Part shown: piece by piece, positions 1-11,013 of the stretch
Position numbering within the stretch: position 1 is the stretch's first letter
Layout of the letters: each line of letters opens with the position of its first letter
Assembly: GCA_049840735.1 (NCBI GenBank)
Contig: JASGJN010000004.1
Span: 1-64,000 of the forward strand
Length of the DNA: 64,000 nucleotides
DNA from: Anaeromyxobacter sp.
GTDB lineage: Bacteria > Myxococcota > Myxococcia > Myxococcales > Anaeromyxobacteraceae
Reading direction: 5' to 3'
Translations under genes and position numbers: made by a program
Notes under the pieces: model-generated
What the model saw: only the letters and a program-made list of their open reading frames with translations
Told to the model about the DNA's origin: nothing
Databases searched by the model: none

Positions 1-73
1 TATTTCCCTGCTCAACTTGGCAGACTACGTATTGCTAAGGTTAATAGGGAAACACGATAGATCAACAGCACCT
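1..73 (+). other. Oxford Nanopore adapter remnant plus native barcode cassette (library artefact)
   Basis: TACGTATTGCT (26-36) matches the ONT adapter 3' end. It is followed by flank AAGGTTAA (37-44), barcode-like TAGGGAAACACGATAG.. (45-65, resembles NB04 as recalled) and flank CAGCACCT (66-73). Confidence 0.9.
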
Positions 74-1426
74 GGCGGTGCATCTGCCGACCAATCCTAC
101 AAGCGGGAACTGCACGATGCCATGTCCCGGTTCCTCCCTCATCACGGACTACCTCTGCTCAGCGACGACGGCCGCGTCCGCTGGACCGCCAGGCTCCTGG
201 CCATTGTCGCGGTGCTGACGACTTGGAGTTCGGGCTCCACGCTGCTGGACCGCTTCGCATTGGCCCGCACTGCGGCCATCGCGATGTACCCCACACGCAA
301 ACGCCCGGGCGACAGTGTAGAGGGCTTCTTCAAAGCCCTCTGCAACTCCGGCGACGCCGTGCTCAAGACGCTCTGCGAGCACTGGCGGACGTGCGTTCGC
401 AAAGTCGCCGGCCAACACCGGCTCACCGACGGCTGGCTGGCCATCGGCGTCGACGGCTCCAAGATCAACTGCCCCCGCACGCTCGCCAACGAAAAAAGAC
501 TTGGCGTCAGCGGCAAGAACAACGGCGGGCCGCAGTTGCTGGTCACCTGCCTGTTCCACGCCGCCACCGGCATGCTCTGGGGCTGGACCCGCGACGGCAT
601 CTGCGGCGCCGGCGAACGCACCCAGCTGCGACGGCTGCTGCCGCTGCTGCCGCCCGAGGCGATGCTCCTGGCCGACGCCGGATTCTGCGGTTACGACCTG
701 CTCAAGGCCCTGGCCGGCCGGGGCAACCACTTCCTGATCCGCGTCGGCTCCAACGTCACCCTGATCAAAAAGCTCGGCTTCGCCACGCGTGAAGGGAAGC
801 AGACGGTCTACCTCTGGCCGCTGACGATGCAGGGCCGCCAGAAACGGTTTATGCCGCGAAAGCTTTCGAACGTGAGCCCGCCGCTGGTGCTGCGGCTGAT
901 CGAACTGACCGACGAAGCCGGCAAGAAAATCTTCCTGCTGACCAACGTGCTGCAGAAGTCCCGGCTCAGCGACTCCACGGCCGCCAGGCTCTACCGCCTG
1001 CGCTGGGGCGTTGAGGTGATGTGGCGAGACCTTAAGCAGACCCTGGGACACCACCAAGTGCTCAGCCGCACGCCCGAGCGTGCCGAGGCAGAACTGGACT
1101 GGGCGATGGCCGGCCTGTGGCTGCTGCAACTGCTGGGCGGAAGCCGGATGAAGCAGGCCCGGCTTTCGCCGCAAAGCCACAGCCCGGCCCAGACACTGCG
1201 GGCGGTGCGGAGTTGTCTGACCGGCGGCCGAAGCCGGCGTCAGAGTCTGCACATGCGACTGGGCATGGCCCGCAAGGACACTTACCGCCGCCGCGGCAGC
1301 AAAGAAGCGAGACATCGCCCGAGAAAACGCACCCACCGCCCGCCAGGACGCCCTAAAGCGCGCACGGCATTGGCGATCGAAAAGCGAATAGTCCACAGAC
1401 TTTTTGCACAACCACCACCAAAATAG
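74..1426 (+). CDS. IS4-family DDE transposase (5' end cut by read start)
   Basis: VDGS, LADAGF and YRLRWGVE..RDLK (YREK) motifs and a basic C-terminus. The first ~19 aa of the listed ORF derive from adapter sequence. Confidence 0.88.
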   Translation, partial: GGASADQSYKRELHDAMSRFLPHHGLPLLSDDGRVRWTARLLAIVAVLTTWSSGSTLLDRFALARTAAIAMYPTRKRPGDSVEGFFKALCNSGDAVLKTLCEHWRTCVRKVAGQHRLTDGWLAIGVDGSKINCPRTLANEKRLGVSGKNNGGPQLLVTCLFHAATGMLWGWTRDGICGAGERTQLRRLLPLLPPEAMLLADAGFCGYDLLKALAGRGNHFLIRVGSNVTLIKKLGFATREGKQTVYLWPLTMQGRQKRFMPRKLSNVSPPLVLRLIELTDEAGKKIFLLTNVLQKSRLSDSTAARLYRLRWGVEVMWRDLKQTLGHHQVLSRTPERAEAELDWAMAGLWLLQLLGGSRMKQARLSPQSHSPAQTLRAVRSCLTGGRSRRQSLHMRLGMARKDTYRRRGSKEARHRPRKRTHRPPGRPKARTALAIEKRIVHRLFAQPPPK

Positions 1427-1573
1427 TCAGCGGCGTAGCGTGGCACCAATTCGCGAATCATTTTCAGAACAGGCCTCTTGGTTCCGGCCCTTCAGGCCGA
1501 AGACGCAATTTGAACAAACCGGCCGACTCGCTGTAACTACTGCTACCAAGACGATTGCAACCCGAGTTCCCCC

Positions 1574-2326
1574 ATGAAAAAGACACTGAAAACCACCCTC
1601 GCGCTATTCCTGACCGCCGGCATGGCCGTCGCCATCACCCACGCGGCCGAACCCGCCTCCAAGGTCGAGTCCAAGACCGACGCCAAGGCTGCTCCGAACA
1701 CGCTGACGGAGCAAGAAAAGAAAGACGGCTGGCAGTTGCTGTTCGACGGCAAGACGACGACCGGCTGGCGGCGGCTCGGCTTCGACGCCGTCCCCGAAGG
1801 CCCCTGGATCGTCAAAGACGGCGCGCTCGTCCATCAGGCCGGCAAGCAGAGCGGCAACGACATCATCTTCGACAAGCAGTTCGAGAACTTCGAGCTGTCG
1901 TGGGAATGGATCGTCCCCAAGAAGAACGGTAACTCGGGCATCAAGTACCGCGTGCTGGAGACCAAGGGCAAGAATGGCGCCTTCGGCCCCGAATACCAGA
2001 TGATGAACGACCCCGGCGTGACCGACAAACACTCGACGGGTTCGCTGTACGACATGCTTCCCCCGGTAAACGCCAAGCTCGCACCGGAAGGTGAGTGGAA
2101 CCACTCCCGCGTCATCATCCGCGGCAACAAGGGAGAGCACTGGCTCAACGGCCAGAAGACGGTCGAGTTCGAGTTCGGCAACGAGGTGTTCAACGAGGCG
2201 CTCGCCAAGAGCAAGTTCAAAGGCAAGGAATGGGGCAAGCAGCCCAAAGGCTACATCGCACTGACCGACCACGGCGACGAGGCGATGTTCCGCAGCATCA
2301 AGATCCTGGAGCTGCCGGCGAAGTAA
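1574..2326 (+). CDS. Secreted DUF1080 (3-keto-disaccharide hydrolase-like) protein
   Basis: Signal peptide; GWQLLFDGKT..GW, NSGIKY, EYQ, GEWNH and GYIALTDHG motifs. Confidence 0.85.
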   Translation: MKKTLKTTLALFLTAGMAVAITHAAEPASKVESKTDAKAAPNTLTEQEKKDGWQLLFDGKTTTGWRRLGFDAVPEGPWIVKDGALVHQAGKQSGNDIIFDKQFENFELSWEWIVPKKNGNSGIKYRVLETKGKNGAFGPEYQMMNDPGVTDKHSTGSLYDMLPPVNAKLAPEGEWNHSRVIIRGNKGEHWLNGQKTVEFEFGNEVFNEALAKSKFKGKEWGKQPKGYIALTDHGDEAMFRSIKILELPAK

Positions 2327-2408
2327 CGCCTTGATGCCCCGAGCCGGCTTTGGCGTTCGACCACGTTCTGGGCATGCGTTCCTGCCCCTGCCATACCTTG
2401 GCGGCTAA

Positions 2409-4744
2409 GTGACGCGACCGTTTCCAATCCTCCTTGTGTTGGCCGCGCTTGCGGTGGCCTGCGCATCGCCATGGGCTGAGGCCGGTTCGGTATCGCCAGC
2501 CGACCGCGCCTTCTTCGAGAACCGGATTCGCCCGGTTCTGGTGAAACACTGCTTCGAATGTCACGCCGCCGGCGCGAAGAAGGTGGGAGGGAAGCTGCTG
2601 CTGGACACGGCGGAAGCCCTTCGAAAGGGGGGCGAGTCGGGGCCGCTCCTCATCGAGGGTCAGCCGGACAAGAGCCTGTTGATTCACGCCCTGCGTTACG
2701 ACGGAACGGAGATGCCGCCGAGCAAGCCGTTGCCCGCTTCGGTGGTGAACGACTTCGTCGAGTGGGTGAAGCGTGGAGCACCCGACCCGCGCGGTTCGCC
2801 GGTCGCGGCCAAGGCGGGGTCACCCGACAAGGGTGAGAAGGGGGACAGGCTCTGGTCCTTCCGGCCGGTTTCGAATCCGGCCTTGCCGGGCGTAGGGAAT
2901 GAGTCCTGGCCGCGCGATCCGATCGACCGTTTTGTCCTGTCTCGCATCGAAGCGGCGGACCTCAAGCCCACGAGCGACGCAACGCCGCAGACGCTGGTTC
3001 GGCGTCTCTACGTCGACTTGATCGGCCTCCCGCCAGCTTCGCAGCAGGTTGCGCAGTTCATCGCCGACCATCGGCGGGATGGAACCAAGGCGACCGAGCG
3101 TCTGGTGGATGAATTGCTTGCCAGCCCTCATTTCGGCGAGCGATGGGGCCGGCACTGGCTGGACGTGGCCCGATACGGCGAATCTAACGGCAACGACGGC
3201 CTCGGCCGAAATCCAACCTTCCCGCACGCCTGGCGCTACCGCGACTACGTCATCGCCGCTTTCAACGATGACACACCCTACGACCGCTTCCTGGCCGAAC
3301 AGATCGCAGGCGATCTACTGCCGGCGGATTCCGACGCGCAGCGAGACCGGCAATTGGTCGCGACCGGCTTCCTGCGCGCATGGGTTCGAAGCCCGCCAAG
3401 GCGATGAACACGAACTTCGACATGGATGTTGTCGCCGACCAGATCGACGTCATCGGCCGGGGTGTCATGGGGCTGAGCGTCGCCTGTGCCCGTTGCCACG
3501 ATCACAAGTTCGATCCCATCCCAACGCGCAACTACTACGCGCTGGCGGGTTTCTTCACCAGCACCGAACCGCTGTGGGGGATCGCCGGGAATGAAGGCGC
3601 TGACCGCCCCAGCGACGGACCTTCACGTTCTGAAGTCACCTGCCGCCGTTCCACCGCCGAAGGGCTTTGTCGAAACAGTCGTCACGCTGGAGTCGAACAC
3701 CGGTAAGCCCAAGTCGGTGCCCAAGCCGAAGTGGGCGCCGGGAACGCCGCTCGCGATGGGGGTGCGCGATCGCGCCAAGCCGGCCGACTGCAAGGTCAAC
3801 GTCGAAGGGGAAGCGAACAAGCTCGGAGAGGTCGTCCCGCGCAGGATTCCTTTCGGCGTGCGGCGATGACACCGCGCCGGTCGCCATCGACGCCAAACAG
3901 AGCGGCCGGTTGCAACTGGCTCAATGGCTCACCGGCCGCGAGCATCCGCTGACCGCACGCGTGATGGTCAATCGGGTCTGGTTGCACCTGTTCGGCGAAG
4001 GGCTCGTTCGGACGCCGGACGACTTCGGCCTTTATGGAGAGCTGCCTTCGCACCCGGAATTGCTCGACCATCTGGCGAATCGATTCGTTGAGAATGGCTG
4101 GTCGATCAAGCGGCTGATCCGCGGCATCGTCCTGAGCCGCACCTATCAGCTTTCGAGCGATGCTGACGCGGCGACCGTTCGAGCAGATGGACAAGACCTG
4201 CTGCTGACCCGTCACCTGCGACGCCGATTGGATGCCGAGTCCCTGCGCGACGCGATGTTGAGCGTCAGCGGGCAGATCGATACCAAGCCCTCCGAAGGAT
4301 CGCTCATCCGTCATCGCGACATCCTGATCAACCTGGCGGGCAACCTGCATCAGCCGAGCAATCATCGCAGCGTCTACCTGTGCTACCTGCGAAGTTCGCC
4401 GCCTCCGGAATTGGCCGCGTTTGATCTGCCCGAGTTCACCTCGGTGACCGGCCAGCGCGACGTCAGCACCATTCCCGGCCAGGCGCTGCACCTGTACAAC
4501 AGCTCTTTTGTGATCGAGCAAGCCCTTGCATTTTCCCGGCTGCTCTCCGGCGAATCGGCGGATCCTGCAACGCGCACGAAACTGGCCTGGCAGCGCAGCT
4601 TCCACCGTGAACCCGGCCCAAGAGCTGCAGGAAGCGGTCCGATTCGTAGAAGTGACGGCGACCGAACTCGGTTCGGAAGAAAAGGCCTGGGCGGCGCTCT
4701 GCCAGGCGATCTTGGCGGCCAACGAGTTCCGCTACGTTGATTGA
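2409..4744 (+). CDS. Planctomycete cytochrome c / DUF1549 / DUF1553 protein (frameshifted in this read)
   Basis: CFECH and [11 protein letters not shown] heme motifs, [41 protein letters not shown]-terminus ANEFRYVD. Spread over several frames. Confidence 0.88.
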
Positions 4745-4773
4745 CGGGGCGGCCCTGGAAGGAGATGAGTGAC

Positions 4774-6131
4774 ATGCAACACTCCCGACGAAGTCTGCTT
4801 CAGTCGCTCTCCTGTGGCTTTGGCTACCTCGCCTTACAGGGCCTTTGCGGTCGGGCAGCGACAGGGGCTTCGTCGCCGGCCACAGTGGGCTTGTCGCCGC
4901 GCGTTCCTTTGACGCCGGCCCGAGCCAAACGGGTGATCTTCCTCTGTATGGCTGGCGGGCCTGCGCAGATGGACACCTTCGATTACAAGCCGCAGATCCG
5001 GAAAGAAGCCTCACCCCGGATCGGTCACCGAATTCAAGCAGCGTGGCCAAAGCGGGCTGTGGGTGTCGGATCTGCTTCCCCACACGGCGCAATACGCGGA
5101 CGAGCTTTGCGTCATCAACGGCATGAACGCCGACACGGGGATCCATGCCCAGTCATTCCTGCAGTTGCACACCGGCGATCGGCTGCGGCCGCGGCCGAGC
5201 CTCGGCTCTTGGGTGAACTACGGCCTGGGCACCGTGAATCAGAATCTGCCGGGCTTTATCAGCCTCAACACGTCCAAGACGTCGGTCTACTCCAGTGCGT
5301 TCCTTCCCTCGATCTACGGCGGCACGCCGATCGGCGTGAACGGCGAAGACATGGGCAAGGCCACGATCGCGAATGTCTCCAGTTCGCATCTGCCGCCCGA
5401 GGCGAAGCGGCGGCAGTTGGACCTGATCCAATCGATGAACCGCGAGCACCTGGCCCAGCGCCCGGGTGATGCCGAATTGGAAAGTGTCATCCAGTCGATG
5501 GAACTGGGCTATCGCATGCAGTCCGAAGCGCCGGGCCTTCTCGACCTGAGCGGCGAGTCGCAGGCGACGCTCGACAGCTATGGCATCGGAACGGAGAAAC
5601 CGTCGGTCGGCACCTGCAAGAGGTCGGATTTCGGCCGACAGTGTTTGCTCGCCGGCGGTTTGCCGAAGCGGGTGTGCGGTTCATCGAAGTTTGTCACGGA
5701 AGCTGGGACCAGCACAAGAACCATCGCCGAGATCTGAAGGCCAACTGCGAGGCGACCGATCAGCCGATCGCCGCCCTCCTGGGCGATCTCCGACAGCGAG
5801 GGCTGTTGGATGACACGCTCGTTGTGTGGGGCGGCGAGTTCGGCCGGCCCGGACTGACCCCCGGCGACGGCAAGGACGAGACCGATCACAACTACCGCGG
5901 CTTCACCTTCTGGCTCGCCGGCGGGGGTGTGAAGGCGGATACGTCCACGGCAAGACCGACCCCACCGGCGCCCAGGCCGTGGAAGGGAAGGTTCACTTCC
6001 GCGATCTGCACGCGACGATCCTTCACCTGATGGGCTTGCCCCCGAACGAACTGACCTTCTGGCATGCCGGGCGCAACCATCGCCTGACCGGGCCCGAAGG
6101 CGGGACCGTCGTTCATCCCGTGATCGCGTGA
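4774..6131 (+). CDS. DUF1501 protein (frameshifted)
   Basis: SRRSLL twin-Arg-like leader, [38 protein letters not shown]; follows its usual DUF1553 partner. Confidence 0.88.
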
Positions 6132-8621
6132 CCGTTCGTAGTGACCGGAGGAGGGGACGGGTGGTTCGCGTTCCGCGCCTCTGAGTTGGGGAAAAACCGA
6201 AGAATCGTATCGGCGTAAAGTTTGTGGCCCGGCGTTCCCGGGTGGTTGAACCAGTTGTGCAACTGCGAGACGGGCGCGATGCCCTTCGCGGACTGGTTCA
6301 TCCATTCGGTGAAAACATCGGCCATCGCGATGTTGTCCTGCGTCGCCACCTCTCGCAGCGCTGAGGCGATCTGCTCGCGGGGAACCCAGGTGTCGTGGAC
6401 CGCGTCGAAGTACGGATTGCTCTGGATGGGGGGCACCAGAAGGACTTCCATCCCGACCGCCTTCGCTCGGGCGATGTAGTCGCGGATCTTCGCCTTGTAC
6501 GCGGCCGTACTGGGTTTGCCGGTATCGTTCATTCCCAGCGCAATCACCAGCAGGTCCACCTTGTGGCCGGCGTTGTGCGGGTCCAGAACCCGCGTCTGGA
6601 ATGTCGTCTCCGCCAGTGCGGCCGAGACGCTCCCCTGGTGGGCCGGGGTTTCGATGACCGTCGCCGTCGGGTAGCGGCTCCGCAGGCCATCGGCGACAAG
6701 CCGTGTGTAGGTCCGGGAGGGATCGAACAACCAGTCGGTCGCCTCTGCGCCGCTGGTGATGCTGTCGCCGAAGAACGCCACGTTGACGGACCCGCCGGCG
6801 CGGAGCTTGGCGAGGGTCTTGGGGATGGTGCCGGGGTTGATCGGCGCGACCGGCGGCACGTCGCGAATCATGTTGATGTCGCGATCGAGCACCTTGAAGC
6901 CGGTGGCCACCGCGCCGTCGAGCGTGTTGAGATGGACGCCGGCCAATGCCACCGCGCCCGCGTCCGGCGAGGGCAGCGTGGGAACGACCGGCGCCGATAC
7001 GCCGCGTTTCACACCAACGGTCCCGTCCGGCAGCACCTGGAGCAGGTCCAGTCGCTGAAGGGTCGTTCGGTAGGTGACGCTCAGCGACCCCGACTCGTAA
7101 GCGCCCAGGCGCGATTTCACATTCAGAATCTGGCCCCACTCCTCGTTCAACTGGTAGTCGACGCCGCGCACGTAGACCTGTCCGGTGACGGCGTTGGTCA
7201 CGACGACGCTGCCGGGAATGATGCTGTGGTACGGACCGCCGAGCACGACGGTATCTACCGGCGGCATCAGGTTGATGGACGGGTCGGGCCAGCGCCAGTC
7301 GAACCGCTCGTCGGTGTAGTTCGGCGGGGCGTAGCCCGTCCAGGTGAAGCTCTTCACTTCCGGTCCGTCGAGGGTGACGGTTTGTTCGGGCACGGCGATG
7401 GTCGCGCCCGCTCGGCAGCACCACGCGTCCTGGTTTGACGACGACCGACAGGCCCGGCGTCTCCGTAGCGACGACCTGCGGCTCATCGGGAAGCACGACA
7501 GGCGGCGGCGATGTCGGCGGGGGTGAGGTTGGGGGCGGTGAAGTTGGGGGCGGTGACGTGGGCAGGGAGCCGCCGGTGATTTCGACGAAATTGATCCGGG
7601 TCTGGCCGGTCGCCGCTCCGCCGACACCCAGCGTCACTTTCCCGTCGGCCACTGAGACACTGGTGGTGGCAGAGGTGAACTGCCCGGCGCCGAGATTCAC
7701 GTAGGCCAGGATGTTCTTGGTCCCCTCGATCCAGACATTGTTGCGTGTTGAGACCGCGGCATCGCCGACGCCTACCTTGACGGTGTAAACGCCGTCGGGC
7801 AACGCCAGTTCCCACTTCGCGCCGGCCTTCACGGCGACATCGGTATCGAGCACCTGGTCGGCGAGGACGTTGCGGTCGACCACCGCGTCGGCGTGGCTGA
7901 TGCTCCAGCCGTAGGTGTAACTGCCCCGGCTGCCGTAGACGAGCCCACTATCGACAAGATATCCCGCGGCCGTCGGAGCCGGGGCAGGCTGGAAGTTGAT
8001 CTTCAATCCGCCGGCGGCGGGGGGCGGCGGAGAGGTTGGCGGTGGAGACGTCGGCGGAGGAGATGTTGGGGGCGGCGACGTTGGCGGCGGTGATGTCGGA
8101 GGTGTTGCCACCTCGAGGTAGTCGATTCTCGTGGTGCCTGTCGCCGCCGAGCCGATCCCGATCGTCAGCCGTCCGTCGGCGACATTCACCGTGATCGACT
8201 GGCTGGCGAACTGGTTCGCCGCCAGCGAGCGGTAGTTGAACAGTTGCACCCCTTCCACCCAGACGTTGTTGCTACTGGCGGCGGCGGCATCGCCGACGCC
8301 GAGCGTCACGGTGTACTTGCCGTTGGGCATCGCCAGTTCCCAGAGCCCCTTTCTTTTCACGGCGACGCGGGTGTCGAGCAATTGATTGGCGTTGACGTTG
8401 CGGTCGATGACCGCATCGGTGTGGCTGACGGACCAGCCGTAGGTTTTTCCGTTCCGCGAGGCGAAGGTGTTCCCGGCATCGACGAGATAACCCGCCACCG
8501 CAGGCGCCGATGCCGGTTGAAAATTGATCTTCGCGATGGCGGCCATCAGCAGTCGCGTTTCCAGCGACTGGCATTCGGTGATGGCATTGGGTCGTGGCTT
8601 GCGCATGACTTTCTCGGGCAA
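6113..8621 (-). CDS. Secreted LEPRxLL protein: two malectin/CBM-like domains, Pro-Thr-Ser linkers and an SGNH/GDSL hydrolase (frameshift near 7420)
   Basis: QSLETRLLM leader, two KINFQP..GYLVD domains, (PPTSP)n linkers, FFGDSIT, LGMND and NHP motifs. Confidence 0.75.
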
Positions 8622-8740
8622 TCGATCGTCCCGCCCTGTGCGATCCGTAGACGCGCACCCTCAAGTGTGCCCCTCAATGACCGGCTCCCTCCCAGTGCTG
8701 CCATTGTATCGCAATTGACTGCTCGCGAGGACCGCACTCG

Positions 8741-10643
8741 CTACTTAGGAAAAAAGCGAAGAATGCTATCGGCGTAAATCTTCATCCCCGACTCGTCCGG
8801 ATGGTTAAACGTGTTGTGAAGCTGCGACGATGGGGCAATGCCACGCGTCGCCTGGTTCTGCCACTCGGCGTACACGTCGACGAGCGCAACGCCGGTCTCG
8901 GCGGCAACATCGCGAATCGTCTTCACAACCTGGGCGATGGGCGTGGCCGCGCCATTGGCATCGAAGATCGGACTGGGCGCCAGGGGCGTCACCAGCAGCA
9001 CCTCGATGCCGGCGGCCTTCGCCTGCTGGGCATAGCTCAGCAGCGACGCCTTCATCGATCCGTTCCCGCGTTCCCAGTCGTTCAACCCCAGCGCGATCAC
9101 CACCACATCGACTTTCCTCGTCCCCCCCTTATGCGGCTTGAGCACCTGCTCCTGAAACAGCGTCACCGCTTCCTGCGTGGTGATGCCCGGCTGCCAGGCG
9201 GCGATCTCCTTGACCGTTGTGCCGAACCGTTGCGCCATCCCCTTGGTGACCAGCGTGGTGTAGGCGCCGGTGCGATCCTGCCACCAGTTGAGCGTTTCGG
9301 CGCCCGCCGTCACGCTGTCGCCGAGGTAGGCGATGTTGACCGACTTGCGCGCAGCAGCTTCTGCAACGTCCCGTTGACCGCCTGCGGATTGACCCGCGCC
9401 ACAGGGGCGGCCGGGGCGATGGGGTAGATGTCGCGCGCCTTCAGTGCGTAGCCCGACCGCTTGGCGCCATCCAAAGGCGAGATGTGAATGCCGGCCAGCG
9501 CGAACGCGCCGGGATCGGCCGCGGGCAACTTTGGCACGGTCGCTGCGGGCGTTCCCTTCTTGATTGAAAGCGTTCCATTCGGCAGGACCTGGATGAGGTC
9601 CAGTCGCTGCAGCACGCTGTCGAACGAGATCTTCACCGGCGTGACATCCGGCGTTCCAAGGCGATTGCCCACGTTGACGATCTGGCTCCAGGTCGCGTTG
9701 AACTTGTAGTCGACATTCGGCACGAACACCTTGCCCGCCGCGCTGCGAACGACCACCGAATCCGGAATCGTCAGGTGATACAAACCGCCGGACGCGCCGT
9801 CATGCCGGTGGGGCGGAGATTGGTCGAGAGGTAGTAGTAGGGCTTGCCGTCATCGACGACGGCGATGGTTTTCGGTGCAACGGTCTGCCAATCCCGGTGC
9901 ACGATCTGCGGGGCATCGAACGTCAGGCTGCCGCCGGCCACATTGACGACCGCTCCGTTCGGCAGGGTGACTTTGCCCGGGGCGATCTTCACTGACATGT
10001 CGGCGAGCGGCGTGACGGCAGGGCGGACGTTGGGCGTTGGAACCGTCGGCGGAACGATGGGGGGCACCACTGGCGGAACAGTCGCCGAACTGACCTCGAC
10101 ATAGTTCAGCCGAGTCGCACCGCCAGCCGCCGACCCGATGCCGACCGTCAGCTTCCCATCGGCGACATCGACCGAGATCGATTTGCTCGCAAAGGCGTTG
10201 GCGCCCAGCGGCTGATAGTTGAAGAGCTGCTTGCCTTCGACCCAGACGTTGTTGGTGCTGGCCGCCCCGGCGTCGCCCACGCTGACGTTCACCGTGTACG
10301 TGCCGTTGGGGAGAGCCAACTCCCACTTGCCGCCGGCCTTCACGGCGATGTTCGTGTCGAGCAACTGGTTGGAATTGAGGTTGCGATCGACGGCGGTTTG
10401 CGCGGCGTTCCATCCGTAGGTTCGACCGCTTCGAGCGGCATACATCGCGCCCGCATCCACGAGATACCCGCTGACGGCAAGCACGGCGGCCGGCTGGAAG
10501 TTCACCTTCGCATCCCCAGCCAGAAGCAGGCGGCTCTCGAGCGACTGGAACACCGATGAACCGATGACGTTGCGCCCCGCCTGAGTTGCGCCCCTGACTG
10601 CATCACTTCCTTCACCACAAACCTCACGGATAACCAGACTCAA
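8741..10643 (-). CDS. Paralogous LEPRxLL / malectin-like / SGNH hydrolase (frameshifts near 9780 and 9350)
   Basis: QSLESRLLL, KVNFQP, LGLND and NHP motifs. Shares LQRLDL.QVLP.GT and GIAP.SQLHN.FNHP blocks with the neighbouring gene. Confidence 0.75.
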
Positions 10644-10853
10644 CGACGCGACAAAACAACGACCGCAAGTGTACAGACGGACCGGTTATCCCCCGCCAGG
10701 TTTTAAGTCGCAGTTTGAAGAAAATCGTCGAGCGAGCAGCAAGGCGACCCATTGGGCGTTGCAACCGAATTGTGGTTGAAGAGGGGCACGCACTGACACC
10801 GATCGACGCGAATCTACCTTCAGCGCGGCTCAGCCGCAACGAAAGATGGAGAA

Positions 10854-10946
10854 AGCCACAGAGACGCGGAGGCACAGAGGGCGTTTCGACTCACGCGTGA
10901 AACGCATGTGTCGAAATGCTCTCTGTGCCTCCGCGTCTCTGTGGCT
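10854..10946. repeat. Intergenic inverted repeat (CCACAGAGACGCGGAGGCACAGAG family)
   Basis: About 37-bp near-perfect arms AGCCACAGAGACGCGGAGGCACAGAG.. / ..CTCTGTGCCTCCGCGTCTCTGTGGCT. Confidence 0.85.
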
Positions 10947-11013
10947 CTCTCTGGGTCGCGTAGAGTTCTGAATCCCGATTCCTATGCTGCCTGGTTGGCG
11001 AAACCGCAAGCGG

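Noticed and set aside
25..40. CTACG.. as left inverted repeat of the IS4 element matching ..CGTAG at 1434-1438
   Set aside because: The left sequence is part of the nanopore adapter, so the IS left end is not in the window.
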